A DNA stretch of 61,871 nt from NCBI GenBank assembly GCA_039917855.1, contig JBDSIR010000063.1:1-61871 (forward strand), written 5' to 3'. Made by a program: the position numbers and the translations under genes. Numbering within the stretch: position 1 is the first letter of the stretch; each line of letters starts with the position of its first letter. The notes beneath the pieces were generated by a model, which had not been told where the DNA came from, made no database searches, and saw nothing but the letters and a program-made list of their open reading frames with translations. This document shows, piece by piece, positions 27,650 to 38,871 of the stretch. The stretch is from Gemmatimonadales bacterium. Its GTDB lineage: Bacteria; Gemmatimonadota; Gemmatimonadetes; Gemmatimonadales; GWC2-71-9.

Positions 27650-28005
27650 GCAGTGAAGCTCGTCCCGCACCCGCAGCCGCCGGTGGCATTCGGGTTGGTG
27701 AAGCTGAAACCGCTCCCCTGCATCGCGGTGACGTAGTCGATCTGTACCCCGTTGAGGTACTGCATCGAGAAGGCGTCGACGAAGATGCGCACACCGTTGA
27801 CCTCGAGCACCGCGTCGTCCTCGAGCGCGCGCTCCTCGATGTTGAGGCTGTACTTGAACCCGCTGCAGCCACCTGGGAGCACCGACACCCGGAGACCCGC
27901 CGACTCGGACGGGACCTGCTCGGCGTCCATGAACTTGCGCACCTCGGTGACCGCATTGTCGGTCAGGATCACAGCGATCGCACCGGACTGGGTCTCAACA
28001 CTCAT
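27646..28005 (-). CDS. A-type Fe-S carrier (HesB/IscA/ErpA family)
   Basis: GGCSGFKY, IDY, FTNPNA, CGCGTSF. Confidence 0.95.
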   Translation of the reverse strand: MSVETQSGAIAVILTDNAVTEVRKFMDAEQVPSESAGLRVSVLPGGCSGFKYSLNIEERALEDDAVLEVNGVRIFVDAFSMQYLNGVQIDYVTAMQGSGFSFTNPNATGGCGCGTSFTA

Positions 28006-28135
28006 CGGACTGCTCCTTCAGAAGTTCGAGCACGGCCCCTAGGGTGGGTCGTCATGGGCTCATACGCTGCTGGGCACCCGTGCAAACTAGGAAGGAACGG
28101 GGTCCGATGTCAATTCCAATGTCCAGTTGTCGGGA

Positions 28136-29293
28136 TTAGGGTGCCCTTTCGAGTCCTTCCACCACCCGATCGGCCACCCCACCGCGCACCGAGAGCTCCC
28201 CCCACTTCCCGTTGGTCCGGCTGGGGTGCACCCGGTTGGAGAGCACCACGATCACCAGTTCACGCGTGGGATCGATCCAGATCGAGGTGCCGGTGAATCC
28301 GGTGTGGCCGAAGCTTTCCGGCGAGAGCCGCATCCCAGCCGACGAATTCGGCGACGGGGTGTCCCACCCGAGCGCTCGGCTCGACCCGGGGACCACTTCC
28401 TGGCGGCGGCGGAATTCGGGGAGAGCGTTCCCGAGGAGGAACTCGCCGAACCGCACCATATCCAGCGCGTCGCTGAAGAGCCCGGCGTGTCCCGACACCC
28501 CGTCGAGCCGCGCGGCGTTCTCGTCGTGGACCTCGCCGACGAGCATTCGCCGCCGCCAGGCGGTGTCGAGCTCCGTCGGAGCGATGCGTCCGCGGCGCTC
28601 ACCCCGCGGGAGATAGCTCGTTGAGGTCAGACCGAGCGGACCGGTGACCCGTGCGGCGAAGAGCTCGTCGATCCGCTGGCCATACAAACCCTCGATGGCC
28701 TGCGTAAGAATGATGATGCCGAGGTCGCTGTAGACCATCCGGACGCCGGGGAGGGTGTCGAGCGGGGTCGTGTCGGCCAGCGCCATCGCGGATTCGCGGG
28801 AGTCGGCCTGTTGATAAAGGGGGCGCCATGCCGGCATCCCGCTCGAGTGGGTCAGGATGTGGCGGACGGTGACGCGATCCTTGTTGGAGCCCTGGAAGGC
28901 AGGAACGTAGCGCTGGAGGGGGGCTTCGAGGTCGAGCGTCCCCTCGCGCACCGCGTACATCGCGAGGGTGGTGAGGGCGGTGACCTTGGTGACCGACGCC
29001 ATGTCATAGAGCGTCAGCGAGTCGGGGCGGGCGGGGTCTTCTTCGCCCAGTCGGCCGGTGCCGTAGAACCAGCGGCGGCCGTGGGAACTGACGCCGATGA
29101 CGGCCCCGGGCGCGGCGCCGAGGTTGATGACCGAATCGAGGAAGGCGGCGGCAGACGCGAGCGGGGTGCCGACGGCTTCGTAGGCGTAGTTCGCGACGTG
29201 GTGCGTGTTGGGTATTGCGGGTTGGGTGTTCGGGGTACAAGAGCTCGGCACTACACAACACGCAACACTCAATACCCAACACGCGCCCTTCAC
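28136..29293 (-). CDS. Serine hydrolase, beta-lactamase fold (AmiE-like candidate)
   Basis: ASVTK (SxxK), ILTHSSG, YSDLG, GEVHDENA, GHAGLFS, FGHTGFTGTS; GTG 29293 overlaps the nagZ stop. Confidence 0.88.
   Translation of the reverse strand: MKGACWVLSVACCVVPSSCTPNTQPAIPNTHHVANYAYEAVGTPLASAAAFLDSVINLGAAPGAVIGVSSHGRRWFYGTGRLGEEDPARPDSLTLYDMASVTKVTALTTLAMYAVREGTLDLEAPLQRYVPAFQGSNKDRVTVRHILTHSSGMPAWRPLYQQADSRESAMALADTTPLDTLPGVRMVYSDLGIIILTQAIEGLYGQRIDELFAARVTGPLGLTSTSYLPRGERRGRIAPTELDTAWRRRMLVGEVHDENAARLDGVSGHAGLFSDALDMVRFGEFLLGNALPEFRRRQEVVPGSSRALGWDTPSPNSSAGMRLSPESFGHTGFTGTSIWIDPTRELVIVVLSNRVHPSRTNGKWGELSVRGGVADRVVEGLERAP
29198..29282. repeat. Inverted heptamer hairpin (GTGTTGG/CCAACAC) encoded in-frame in the hydrolase N-terminus
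   Basis: Five units per arm; encodes CWVLSVACCVV and NTQPAIPNTHH. Confidence 0.8.
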
Positions 29294-31107
29294 TGCCGGA
29301 CCAATCCACTCCCCAGCACGAACTGCGGCGGGATCGAGATGGGGAGCCGGCCGGTGATCGGCGCCGTGCCGGCCAGGGCGCGCGCCACCGCCGCCTCCAT
29401 CATCACGTTCGGCGTCCACGCCACGAGATAGGTCCCGATCGAGGGCACCTGTTGGACGATGTACGGGGACCCGAGGGAGACGAGGATCGCCGGGCGCATC
29501 CTGGCGACGCTGTCGGCGAGGGCGGCCCAGGCGTCGGGGAGGGCGAGAGTGCCGCGCCAGGCCGAGGTGCGCACCGAAGCGACGAAGATGGGGAGACCAT
29601 TCCGGGCGAGCACGACGCGGGCCGAGTCGTAACTGGCCGGTCCGCTGGTGCCCCAGAGTTTGAAGATCGAGACACCGAGCCCGAGAGCGCGGAGTTCGGC
29701 GAAGAGGGTGGTCCCGACCGTGATGGAGTTCTCGTCCCCGTAGGTGATGAGGGTGACCGTCCGGCGGCGGCCCCGGCGCAGCGAATCGAGCGTGCCTCCC
29801 GCGTCGCGGGCCAGCACGATGGCTCGGCGCATCAGGTCGGCCGCTTCGGTCTTGAATTCCTGGCGCCCGACCGTCATCGGGATCGCTTCGACGTCGACCG
29901 TCCGCTGCTGGAATAACCCGAGCCGCTCCTTGAGGGCGAGGATACGGCGGAGGGAGATGTCGATCCGGGCGTCGGTGAGACGGCCGTCGCGATACCCCTG
30001 CTCGAGGGAATCGAGCGCGGCGCGCGGGTCGGCGGGCTGGAGCAGGAGGTCGGCGCCGGCCAGAAGGGCGCGCACCGCGGCGGAGGCGCCGCCGTCGGTC
30101 GAGACTCCCCCCATATTGAGCGCGTCGGTGACCACTATGCCGTGGAACTGGAGCGAGTCGCGGAGCACGCCGGTCACGATGCCGGGCGACAGCGAGGCCG
30201 CGCGAGTGAACCCGCTGTCGATCCCCGGCATCGCGATGTGGGCCGACATCACCGCGCCCACCCCGACCCGGACGGCGGCACGGAAGGGGACCAGCTCGAT
30301 CGAATCGAGGCGCAGAAAGCCGTACGGGACGACCGGCAGGCTGATGTGACTGTCGGTGCCGGTGTCGCCGTGGCCGGGGAAGTGCTTGACCGTGGCGAGC
30401 ATCCCGTGTTCCTGGATGCCCCGCACCGTGGCGCTCACGAGGATGCCCACCCGGGTGGGATCCTCTCCGAACGAGCGGGTATTGATGATGGGATTGGCGG
30501 GGTTGTTGTTGACGTCGGCCACCGGGGCGAACGCCATGTGGACCCCGACGGCCCGCCCCTCGAGCGCGGTGACCCGGCCCACTTCGTAGGCGTCCAGTTC
30601 CGTTCCCCCCGCGGCAATGCCCATATTGGTGGGGAAGGGAGTGCCCCCATTGAACCGGAAGGCGCTTCCGCCCTCGAGGTCGGCGGCGATGAGGAGGGGG
30701 AGGGCGCTCCGGCGCTGCAGGTAGTTCAGCTTCACCGCGATGTCGATGGGCGAGCCGCCCGCGATGATGATCCCGCCGAGTTGCAGCGAATCGATCCAGC
30801 CCGCGGCGCGTACCAGGGTGGAATCGTCGAAGGCGGCGTAACTTCCCGGTACCCAGGGCATCACCAGTTGCGCCAGCTTCTGGCGCGGGGTGAGGGCACG
30901 GATCAAGGCGTCGAGATCAGGATGGCCGGCCCGGGCATTGACCACCGCGGCTGGAAGCTCCACTCTCGGAAGCTCCGGCAGGACCCCCGGCTCCGGCGCC
31001 GGGGAAAGATGCGGCCCCGACGGCGCACAGGCACCGAGCCCGGCGCCTGCACCGGCGAGCGCAAGACCAAGGACCAACGACCAACGACCGCGGAGAGTGA
31101 GATGCAC
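29290..31107 (-). CDS. nagZ: GH3 beta-N-acetylglucosaminidase lipoprotein
   Basis: LIAADLEGG, APVADVN, INTRSFG, KHFPGHGDTGTDSH, IVVTDALNMG; LGAC lipobox; upstream part of the 1077-aa ORF is antisense shadow of namZ. Confidence 0.9.
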   Translation of the reverse strand: MHLTLRGRWSLVLGLALAGAGAGLGACAPSGPHLSPAPEPGVLPELPRVELPAAVVNARAGHPDLDALIRALTPRQKLAQLVMPWVPGSYAAFDDSTLVRAAGWIDSLQLGGIIIAGGSPIDIAVKLNYLQRRSALPLLIAADLEGGSAFRFNGGTPFPTNMGIAAGGTELDAYEVGRVTALEGRAVGVHMAFAPVADVNNNPANPIINTRSFGEDPTRVGILVSATVRGIQEHGMLATVKHFPGHGDTGTDSHISLPVVPYGFLRLDSIELVPFRAAVRVGVGAVMSAHIAMPGIDSGFTRAASLSPGIVTGVLRDSLQFHGIVVTDALNMGGVSTDGGASAAVRALLAGADLLLQPADPRAALDSLEQGYRDGRLTDARIDISLRRILALKERLGLFQQRTVDVEAIPMTVGRQEFKTEAADLMRRAIVLARDAGGTLDSLRRGRRRTVTLITYGDENSITVGTTLFAELRALGLGVSIFKLWGTSGPASYDSARVVLARNGLPIFVASVRTSAWRGTLALPDAWAALADSVARMRPAILVSLGSPYIVQQVPSIGTYLVAWTPNVMMEAAVARALAGTAPITGRLPISIPPQFVLGSGLVRQ

Positions 31108-32352
31108 GTTCGTTCGGCCTGGATGGTGGTGTTGGGGATTGGTGTGGCCGCCTGCGGCGGCGGCGTGGCACCTGAGGAAGTGGTGCCGGTGCGGCGTGCC
31201 GCGCGGGCCACGCGGACCGGGCTCGAGGTCCTGCTGGGCGACAGCGCGGCATTGGTCGCCGGGAAACGGGTCGGCTTGGTGACCAATCAGAGCGGCGTCG
31301 ATGCCACCGGCGTCAGCGGCGTGGATCGCCTGCGCTCGGCGGGGATCGCACTCGTCGCCCTGTTCAGCCCCGAGCACGGCTTCCGCGGGAACGCCGAAGC
31401 GGGGGAGGCGGTGGCCTCCACCGTCGACTCGGCGACCCGCCTTCCAATCTACTCCCTCTACGGTCGGAATCGCGTCCCCGCCGACTCGGTGGTACGGTCG
31501 CTCGATGTCCTCCTCGTCGACCTGCAGGATGCGGGGGCGCGCTATTACACCTACCTGGCCACCACCGTCGATGTGATGCGCGCCGCCCAGAGCGCCGGCC
31601 GTACGGTGGTCGTGCTCGATCGCCCCAATCCCATCGGAGGGATGGTGCAGGGGAACGTGCTCGATACCGCCTGGCGCACCGACGTGGGCCTCCTCGCCAT
31701 CCCCATGCGGCATGGGATGACGCTGGGGGAGCTCGCGCGGCTCGCCCGAAGCGACCTGGGGCTGACTACCGATCTTCGCGTGGTGCCCGTGGGGCATTGG
31801 AGACGGCGTGAGACCTTCGACCAGACCAAGCTCCCCTTCATTCCGCCGAGTCCGAACCTCCGGACCCTCGAGGCGTTGTTCCACTATCCCGGGACCTGCC
31901 TCTTCGAAGGGACGGCGCTGTCGGTCGGGCGGGGGACCGAGGCCGCGTTCGAGCAGATCGGCGCCCCGTGGCTCGACACCGCGGCGGTCCTCCGCCGGAT
32001 CCGGAAGGCGCGGCTCGCGGGGGTGGAATTCACCAACGTGACCTTCACCCCGCGGCGGCCAGGCGACGGGAAGTTCGCCGATTCCCTCCTGCGGGGTATC
32101 CGGCTGCACGTCACCGACCGCCGCCGCTACGACCCGACCGCGACCGCGGTCCATCTCCTGGCGGCGATCCAGGCCGTGCACCCCGACCGGATCGGGTTCC
32201 TGGTCCGCTCCTTCGACCGGTTGGCGGGGTCGGACCGGCTCAGGAGCGCGATCCTGGCCGGCACCCTTCCGGCGAAGATCCTGAAGGAGTGGGAATCGGA
32301 GCGGACCGCGTTCATGGAGCGGCGGAAGTCGTTCCTCATTTACCCGGAGTAG
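31102..32352 (+). CDS. namZ: Exo-beta-N-acetylmuramidase (DUF1343) lipoprotein
   Basis: RVGLVTNQSG, LFSPEHGFRG, IYSLYG, DLQDAGARYYTY, LDRPNP, RHGMTLGELA, PPSPN, SVGRGT. Confidence 0.9.
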   Translation: MHVRSAWMVVLGIGVAACGGGVAPEEVVPVRRAARATRTGLEVLLGDSAALVAGKRVGLVTNQSGVDATGVSGVDRLRSAGIALVALFSPEHGFRGNAEAGEAVASTVDSATRLPIYSLYGRNRVPADSVVRSLDVLLVDLQDAGARYYTYLATTVDVMRAAQSAGRTVVVLDRPNPIGGMVQGNVLDTAWRTDVGLLAIPMRHGMTLGELARLARSDLGLTTDLRVVPVGHWRRRETFDQTKLPFIPPSPNLRTLEALFHYPGTCLFEGTALSVGRGTEAAFEQIGAPWLDTAAVLRRIRKARLAGVEFTNVTFTPRRPGDGKFADSLLRGIRLHVTDRRRYDPTATAVHLLAAIQAVHPDRIGFLVRSFDRLAGSDRLRSAILAGTLPAKILKEWESERTAFMERRKSFLIYPE

Positions 32353-32642
32353 GGAGGGGGTGGGGTGGCAGGGAGCGCGGCCGCCAGTGTCGGCCGCGCG
32401 GACCTGCCACCCCGCCGCCCGCCCGACACGGGCGGTGCGCTTGCGAAGCCGAGGCTCGCACGGGCAACATTGGCGCCCGCGCGACCCCCGGCCCCGCATC
32501 ACGCCCCACCCACCACGCCACATCCACGAGCACCGGCCCCCGCGAGTCTACCCGTAGGTGCTTCACCTTGGTAGATTTGGCGGCTCTTGGCGTCCCCACG
32601 ATCGGGGCAGTGCTCCCTCCATTCGGCTGAGGTCTCGCGCGA

Positions 32643-33275
32643 GTGAAGCTGGTCCCCAAGTGGCTCGAAACTGGCTGGCAAGATCTGACGCACCCGATCT
32701 CCCGGGTGCTCATCGGCGCTGGCGTCCGTCCGAACCACCTCACCACCTTCGGGATCCTGCTCATCCTCGCCGCAGCGGTATTCTACGGGTCCGGGCATGT
32801 GCGGCTCGGGGGGTGCTTCCTCCTGCTGAGCGGCTGGACCGATATCCTGGATGGGCAGGTGGCCCGTGGGGGCGGGATGGCCACGAAGTTCGGGGCCTTT
32901 TACGACTCCACCCTGGACCGGGTAGGGGATGGCCTGACATTCATCGGGATCGGGTCGTTCTTCCTGCTCTACCCGGGCGATATCGCTTGGCGGCAGGGCG
33001 TCGTGGTGCTCTGCATGGTTGCGGTGATGGCCTCGCTCCTGGTGTCGTACGCCCGCGCGCGGGCCGAGGGGCTGGGGCTCGACGGAAAGGTCGGCATCGC
33101 GCAGCGTGCCGAGCGGGTCCTCGGCCTCGGGCTCCCTTCGATGATCTTCGGGGCCGGGCAGCGGGGGATCATTCTGTCGGCGATCGTGCTGGTCCTGACG
33201 CTGCTCGCCCTGATCACCGTGGTGCAGCGTTTTCATTGGGTGTACCAGCAGACCGAGGGCGCCAAGGCGCCTTGA
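32643..33275 (+). CDS. CDP-alcohol phosphatidyltransferase (likely phosphatidylinositol-phosphate synthase)
   Basis: PNHLT, DILDGQVAR...GAFYDSTLDRVGD, VSYARARAEGLG; adjacent to ino1. Confidence 0.88.
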   Translation: MKLVPKWLETGWQDLTHPISRVLIGAGVRPNHLTTFGILLILAAAVFYGSGHVRLGGCFLLLSGWTDILDGQVARGGGMATKFGAFYDSTLDRVGDGLTFIGIGSFFLLYPGDIAWRQGVVVLCMVAVMASLLVSYARARAEGLGLDGKVGIAQRAERVLGLGLPSMIFGAGQRGIILSAIVLVLTLLALITVVQRFHWVYQQTEGAKAP

Positions 33276-33329
33276 CCGCGTCAGGGGCGCCGCGGGCGCC
33301 TCGGTGGACCATACGAAAGGATCCGGATC

Positions 33330-34661
33330 TTGGAACAGCGGAATGTGGCGCGGGCCGTCAAGCCCGCCGCGGGGAAGCTCGGAGTGCTCAGCGTAGGTCT
33401 CGGCGCGGTGGCGACCACCTTCATCGCCGGCGTGGAGCTCACGCGCCGAGGCCTGGGCCGTCCGATCGGATCGCTGACCCAGCTGGCCACGATCCGGCTG
33501 GGCAAGCGCACCGACAACCGGACGCCGTTCATCAGGGATTTCGTGCCGCTCGCCGCCCTCACGGACATCGAGTTCGGTGCCTGGGATCCGCTGCCGGACA
33601 ACGCCTACCAATCGGCGCTCCACTGCGGGGTGCTCGACAAGCACGAGCACATCGAGCCGATCGCCGATTTCCTCAAGTCGGTGACGCCGATGCCGGCCGC
33701 ATTCGACCAGCACTACGTCAAGCGGCTCGAAGGGAAGAATGTCAAGAAGGGCGCGACCAAGCGGGAACTCGCCGAGGCGCTTCGTAAGGACATCCGCGAG
33801 TTCAAGGCAACGCGCGGGTGCGACCGTCTGGTCATGATCTGGTGCGCCTCGACCGAGATCTTCATCCAGGCCGGCCCGACCCACGCGACGCTGGCCGCGT
33901 TCGAAAAGGCGATGGACGCGAACGACATCTCGATTGCGCCCTCGATGCTCTACGCCTACGCCGCCATCATGGAGGGGATCCCCTTCATCAATGGCGCGCC
34001 GAACCTGGCCGCCGACACGCTGGCGCTCGAACAGCTCGCCAACGACAAGCGTGTGCCGATCGGGGGCAAGGACTTCAAGACCGGCCAGACCATGCTCAAG
34101 ACCGTCCTGGCCCCGATGTTCAAGGCGCGGATGCTGGGCGTGGCCGGGTGGTACAGCACCAACATCCTGGGCAACCGGGACGGCGAGGTGCTCGACGATC
34201 CCGAGAGCTTCAAGACCAAGGAAGAGTCCAAGCTCGGCGTGCTGGAGCACATCCTGCAGCCCGAGATGTACGGCGAGCTCTACGGCAAGATGTACCACAA
34301 GGTGCGGATCAACTACTACCCGCCGCGTGGGGACAACAAGGAAGGGTGGGACAACATCGACATCTTCGGGTGGCTGGGCTACCCGATGCAGATCAAGGTC
34401 GACTTCCTCTGTCGTGACTCGATCCTGGCCGCCCCGCTCTGCCTCGACCTGGTGCTCTTCTTCGACCTGGCCCAGCGCGCCGGGATGAGGGGGATCCAGG
34501 AGTGGCTGAGCTTCTACTTCAAGAGCCCGCAGACCGCGCCGGGGCTCTACCCCGAACACGACCTGTTCATCCAGCACACCAAGCTCAAGAACACCCTGCG
34601 CTGGATGATGGGTGAAGACCAGGTCACCCACCTCGGCATCGAGTACTACGAAGGAGAGTGA
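33330..34661 (+). CDS. ino1: myo-Inositol-3-phosphate synthase
   Basis: GLGAVATT, WCASTE, NGAPN, GKDFKTGQT, NILGNRDG, GDNKEGWD, RDSILAAPL. Confidence 0.95.
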   Translation: MEQRNVARAVKPAAGKLGVLSVGLGAVATTFIAGVELTRRGLGRPIGSLTQLATIRLGKRTDNRTPFIRDFVPLAALTDIEFGAWDPLPDNAYQSALHCGVLDKHEHIEPIADFLKSVTPMPAAFDQHYVKRLEGKNVKKGATKRELAEALRKDIREFKATRGCDRLVMIWCASTEIFIQAGPTHATLAAFEKAMDANDISIAPSMLYAYAAIMEGIPFINGAPNLAADTLALEQLANDKRVPIGGKDFKTGQTMLKTVLAPMFKARMLGVAGWYSTNILGNRDGEVLDDPESFKTKEESKLGVLEHILQPEMYGELYGKMYHKVRINYYPPRGDNKEGWDNIDIFGWLGYPMQIKVDFLCRDSILAAPLCLDLVLFFDLAQRAGMRGIQEWLSFYFKSPQTAPGLYPEHDLFIQHTKLKNTLRWMMGEDQVTHLGIEYYEGE

Positions 34662-34662
34662 C

Positions 34663-34953
34663 GTGCGGTACTTCCATCGGACCTCCGTGGCTCCCGACGC
34701 CGTGCTGCAGGCGGCGACCGCCTTCTTCGGCGCCCGGCTCACGCCGGTGGAAGAGGCGGCCCGTCGCCGTCGCTTCACCGGCACCGTCGGCAAGCTCACG
34801 GTGGCCGTCGAGGCCGAAGGCGGGCATTACACCCGGGTCACGGTCGAGACCGACCAGCCCGGCGAGAGCGAGCTCGACAAGCTCGCCAAGCGGTTCCTGA
34901 CCACCGTCCACGCGCGGGCCGATGCCGCGCACGTGGTCCGTGGTGCATACTGA
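34663..34953 (+). CDS. Small hypothetical protein
   Basis: AAGGAG RBS then GTG; MRYFHRTS...VRGAY. Confidence 0.7.
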   Translation: MRYFHRTSVAPDAVLQAATAFFGARLTPVEEAARRRRFTGTVGKLTVAVEAEGGHYTRVTVETDQPGESELDKLAKRFLTTVHARADAAHVVRGAY

Positions 34954-34978
34954 TCATTCGCTGGCTTCCCCTACCCTG

Positions 34979-37449
<2,471 letters not shown>

Positions 37450-37453
<4 letters not shown>

Positions 37454-37504
37454 GCGGTAAGCGGTAAGCAGTGAGCGGGGGGCTCCGATACAGATCGGGG
37501 CCCC
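37450..37504. repeat. Heptamer array (GTAAGCG x3, GTGAGCG) starting at the hppA stop, followed by a short hairpin
   Basis: Direct reading; loop GGGGGGCTCCGAT is shared with the 53155 element. Confidence 0.85.
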
Positions 37505-37530
37505 TTCGCATCTGTTCCGCTCTCGCCGCC

Positions 37531-37690
37531 GACCTCACCCCCCGACCCCCTCTCGCTCCCTCACCTCACCCCCCGACCCCCTCTCCCTTGCGGGAGAGGG
37601 GGAAAAGCCCCGATGCACTCCCCCTCTCCCGTAAGGGAGAGGGGGCAGGGGGGGTGAGGTTGCAGGGGGAGGGGCCAGGGGAGGGGGCGA
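37531..37690. repeat. CCTCACCCCC..CCCCTCTCCC-N4-GGGAGAGGGG palindromic repeat cluster
   Basis: Two CCCCTCTCCC/GGGAGAGGGG hairpins inside an outer ACCTCACCCCCC/GGGGGGTGAGGT inversion. Confidence 0.8.
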
Positions 37691-37761
37691 AACTTGACTC
37701 CGACCCTCCGGGCGGAAATCTTTACCGTCTCTACAGTTACGCCACTTTCTCCCGAGTACGG

Positions 37762-38871
37762 ATGACGCCGACCGCTACCCCCGCCAAGGCCCCCAGGACG
37801 CCCCCGGCGGGGCTTTCGCGCGACCAGCTTCTCGAGCTCTACTACTGGATGCGGCTCACCCGCACCCTTGAGGAGCGGCTCGTGGCGCTCTACCGCCAGA
37901 CCAAGGTGGTCGGCGGCCTCTTCCGCTCCCTCGGCCAGGAGGCCGACGCCTGCGGCAGCGCCTTCGCGCTCGACAAGGCCGCCGGCGATATTCTCTCCCC
38001 CCTGATCCGGAACCTCGGCTCGATGCTGGTCCGCGGGGCCACCCCGCTCGAGGTCCTCAAGCAGTACATGGCCAAGGGGGACAGCCCCACCCGCGGCCGC
38101 GAGCTCAACATCCATTTCGGTGGTCCCGACCGCGGCTTCATCGGCCAGATCTCCCATCTGGGCGACATGGTGCCGGTGATGGCCGGGGTGACGCTGACCT
38201 TCAAGCTGCGGAACGAGAAGCGCGTGGGTCTGGTCTACGTCGGTGACGGCGCCACCAGCACCGGCGCCTTCCACGAGGGGCTCAACTTCGCCGCGGTGCA
38301 GGGATGTCCCCTCGTCTGCATCGTCGAGAACAACAAGTACGCCTACTCCACGCCGACCAACCGGATGACCGCCGCCAAGCGCTTCGCCGACAAGGCGATC
38401 GGCTATGGCATTCCCGGGGTCGAGGCCGATGGCAATGACGTCCTCGCCGTCTACGAAGTGACCAAGGCGGCGGTGGAGCGCGCTCGGCAGGGTGGGGGAC
38501 CGACCCTGATCGAGCTCCACACCTTCCGCCGGAAGGGTCACGCCGAGCACGACAACCAGAGCTACGTGAAGCCGGGCGAACTCGAGGAGTGGGCGGCCAA
38601 GAACGACCCCCTCGATCGGAACATCAAGACGCTCACGACCGACTACGGCTTCGCCCTCGATCAGCTCACGGCGATCGATGCCAAGGTGGCAGCCGAGGTC
38701 GACGCCGCGACCGATGAAGCGGAGAAGAGCCCGCCCCCGGAGGCGCGCGACGCCCTCAATGGGGTCTATGCCGATCCGCCGGTGGTGCCGACCCTCTGGT
38801 ATCGTGAGGGGATCGACAAGGTGGTGGACAAGCATGAGCGGGCCCAGGGGTGGGGGACCTACAATGGCTGA
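37762..38871 (+). CDS. 2-oxoacid dehydrogenase E1 alpha (pyruvate or branched-chain)
   Basis: GQEA, TPP motif GDGATSTG...ENNKYAYS, DGND, RRKGHAEHD. Confidence 0.93.
   Translation: MTPTATPAKAPRTPPAGLSRDQLLELYYWMRLTRTLEERLVALYRQTKVVGGLFRSLGQEADACGSAFALDKAAGDILSPLIRNLGSMLVRGATPLEVLKQYMAKGDSPTRGRELNIHFGGPDRGFIGQISHLGDMVPVMAGVTLTFKLRNEKRVGLVYVGDGATSTGAFHEGLNFAAVQGCPLVCIVENNKYAYSTPTNRMTAAKRFADKAIGYGIPGVEADGNDVLAVYEVTKAAVERARQGGGPTLIELHTFRRKGHAEHDNQSYVKPGELEEWAAKNDPLDRNIKTLTTDYGFALDQLTAIDAKVAAEVDAATDEAEKSPPPEARDALNGVYADPPVVPTLWYREGIDKVVDKHERAQGWGTYNG

Noticed and set aside
31108-32523. 1077-aa NagZ fusion
   Set aside because: The upstream part is antisense to namZ; a signal peptide and lipobox mark the real start near 31107.
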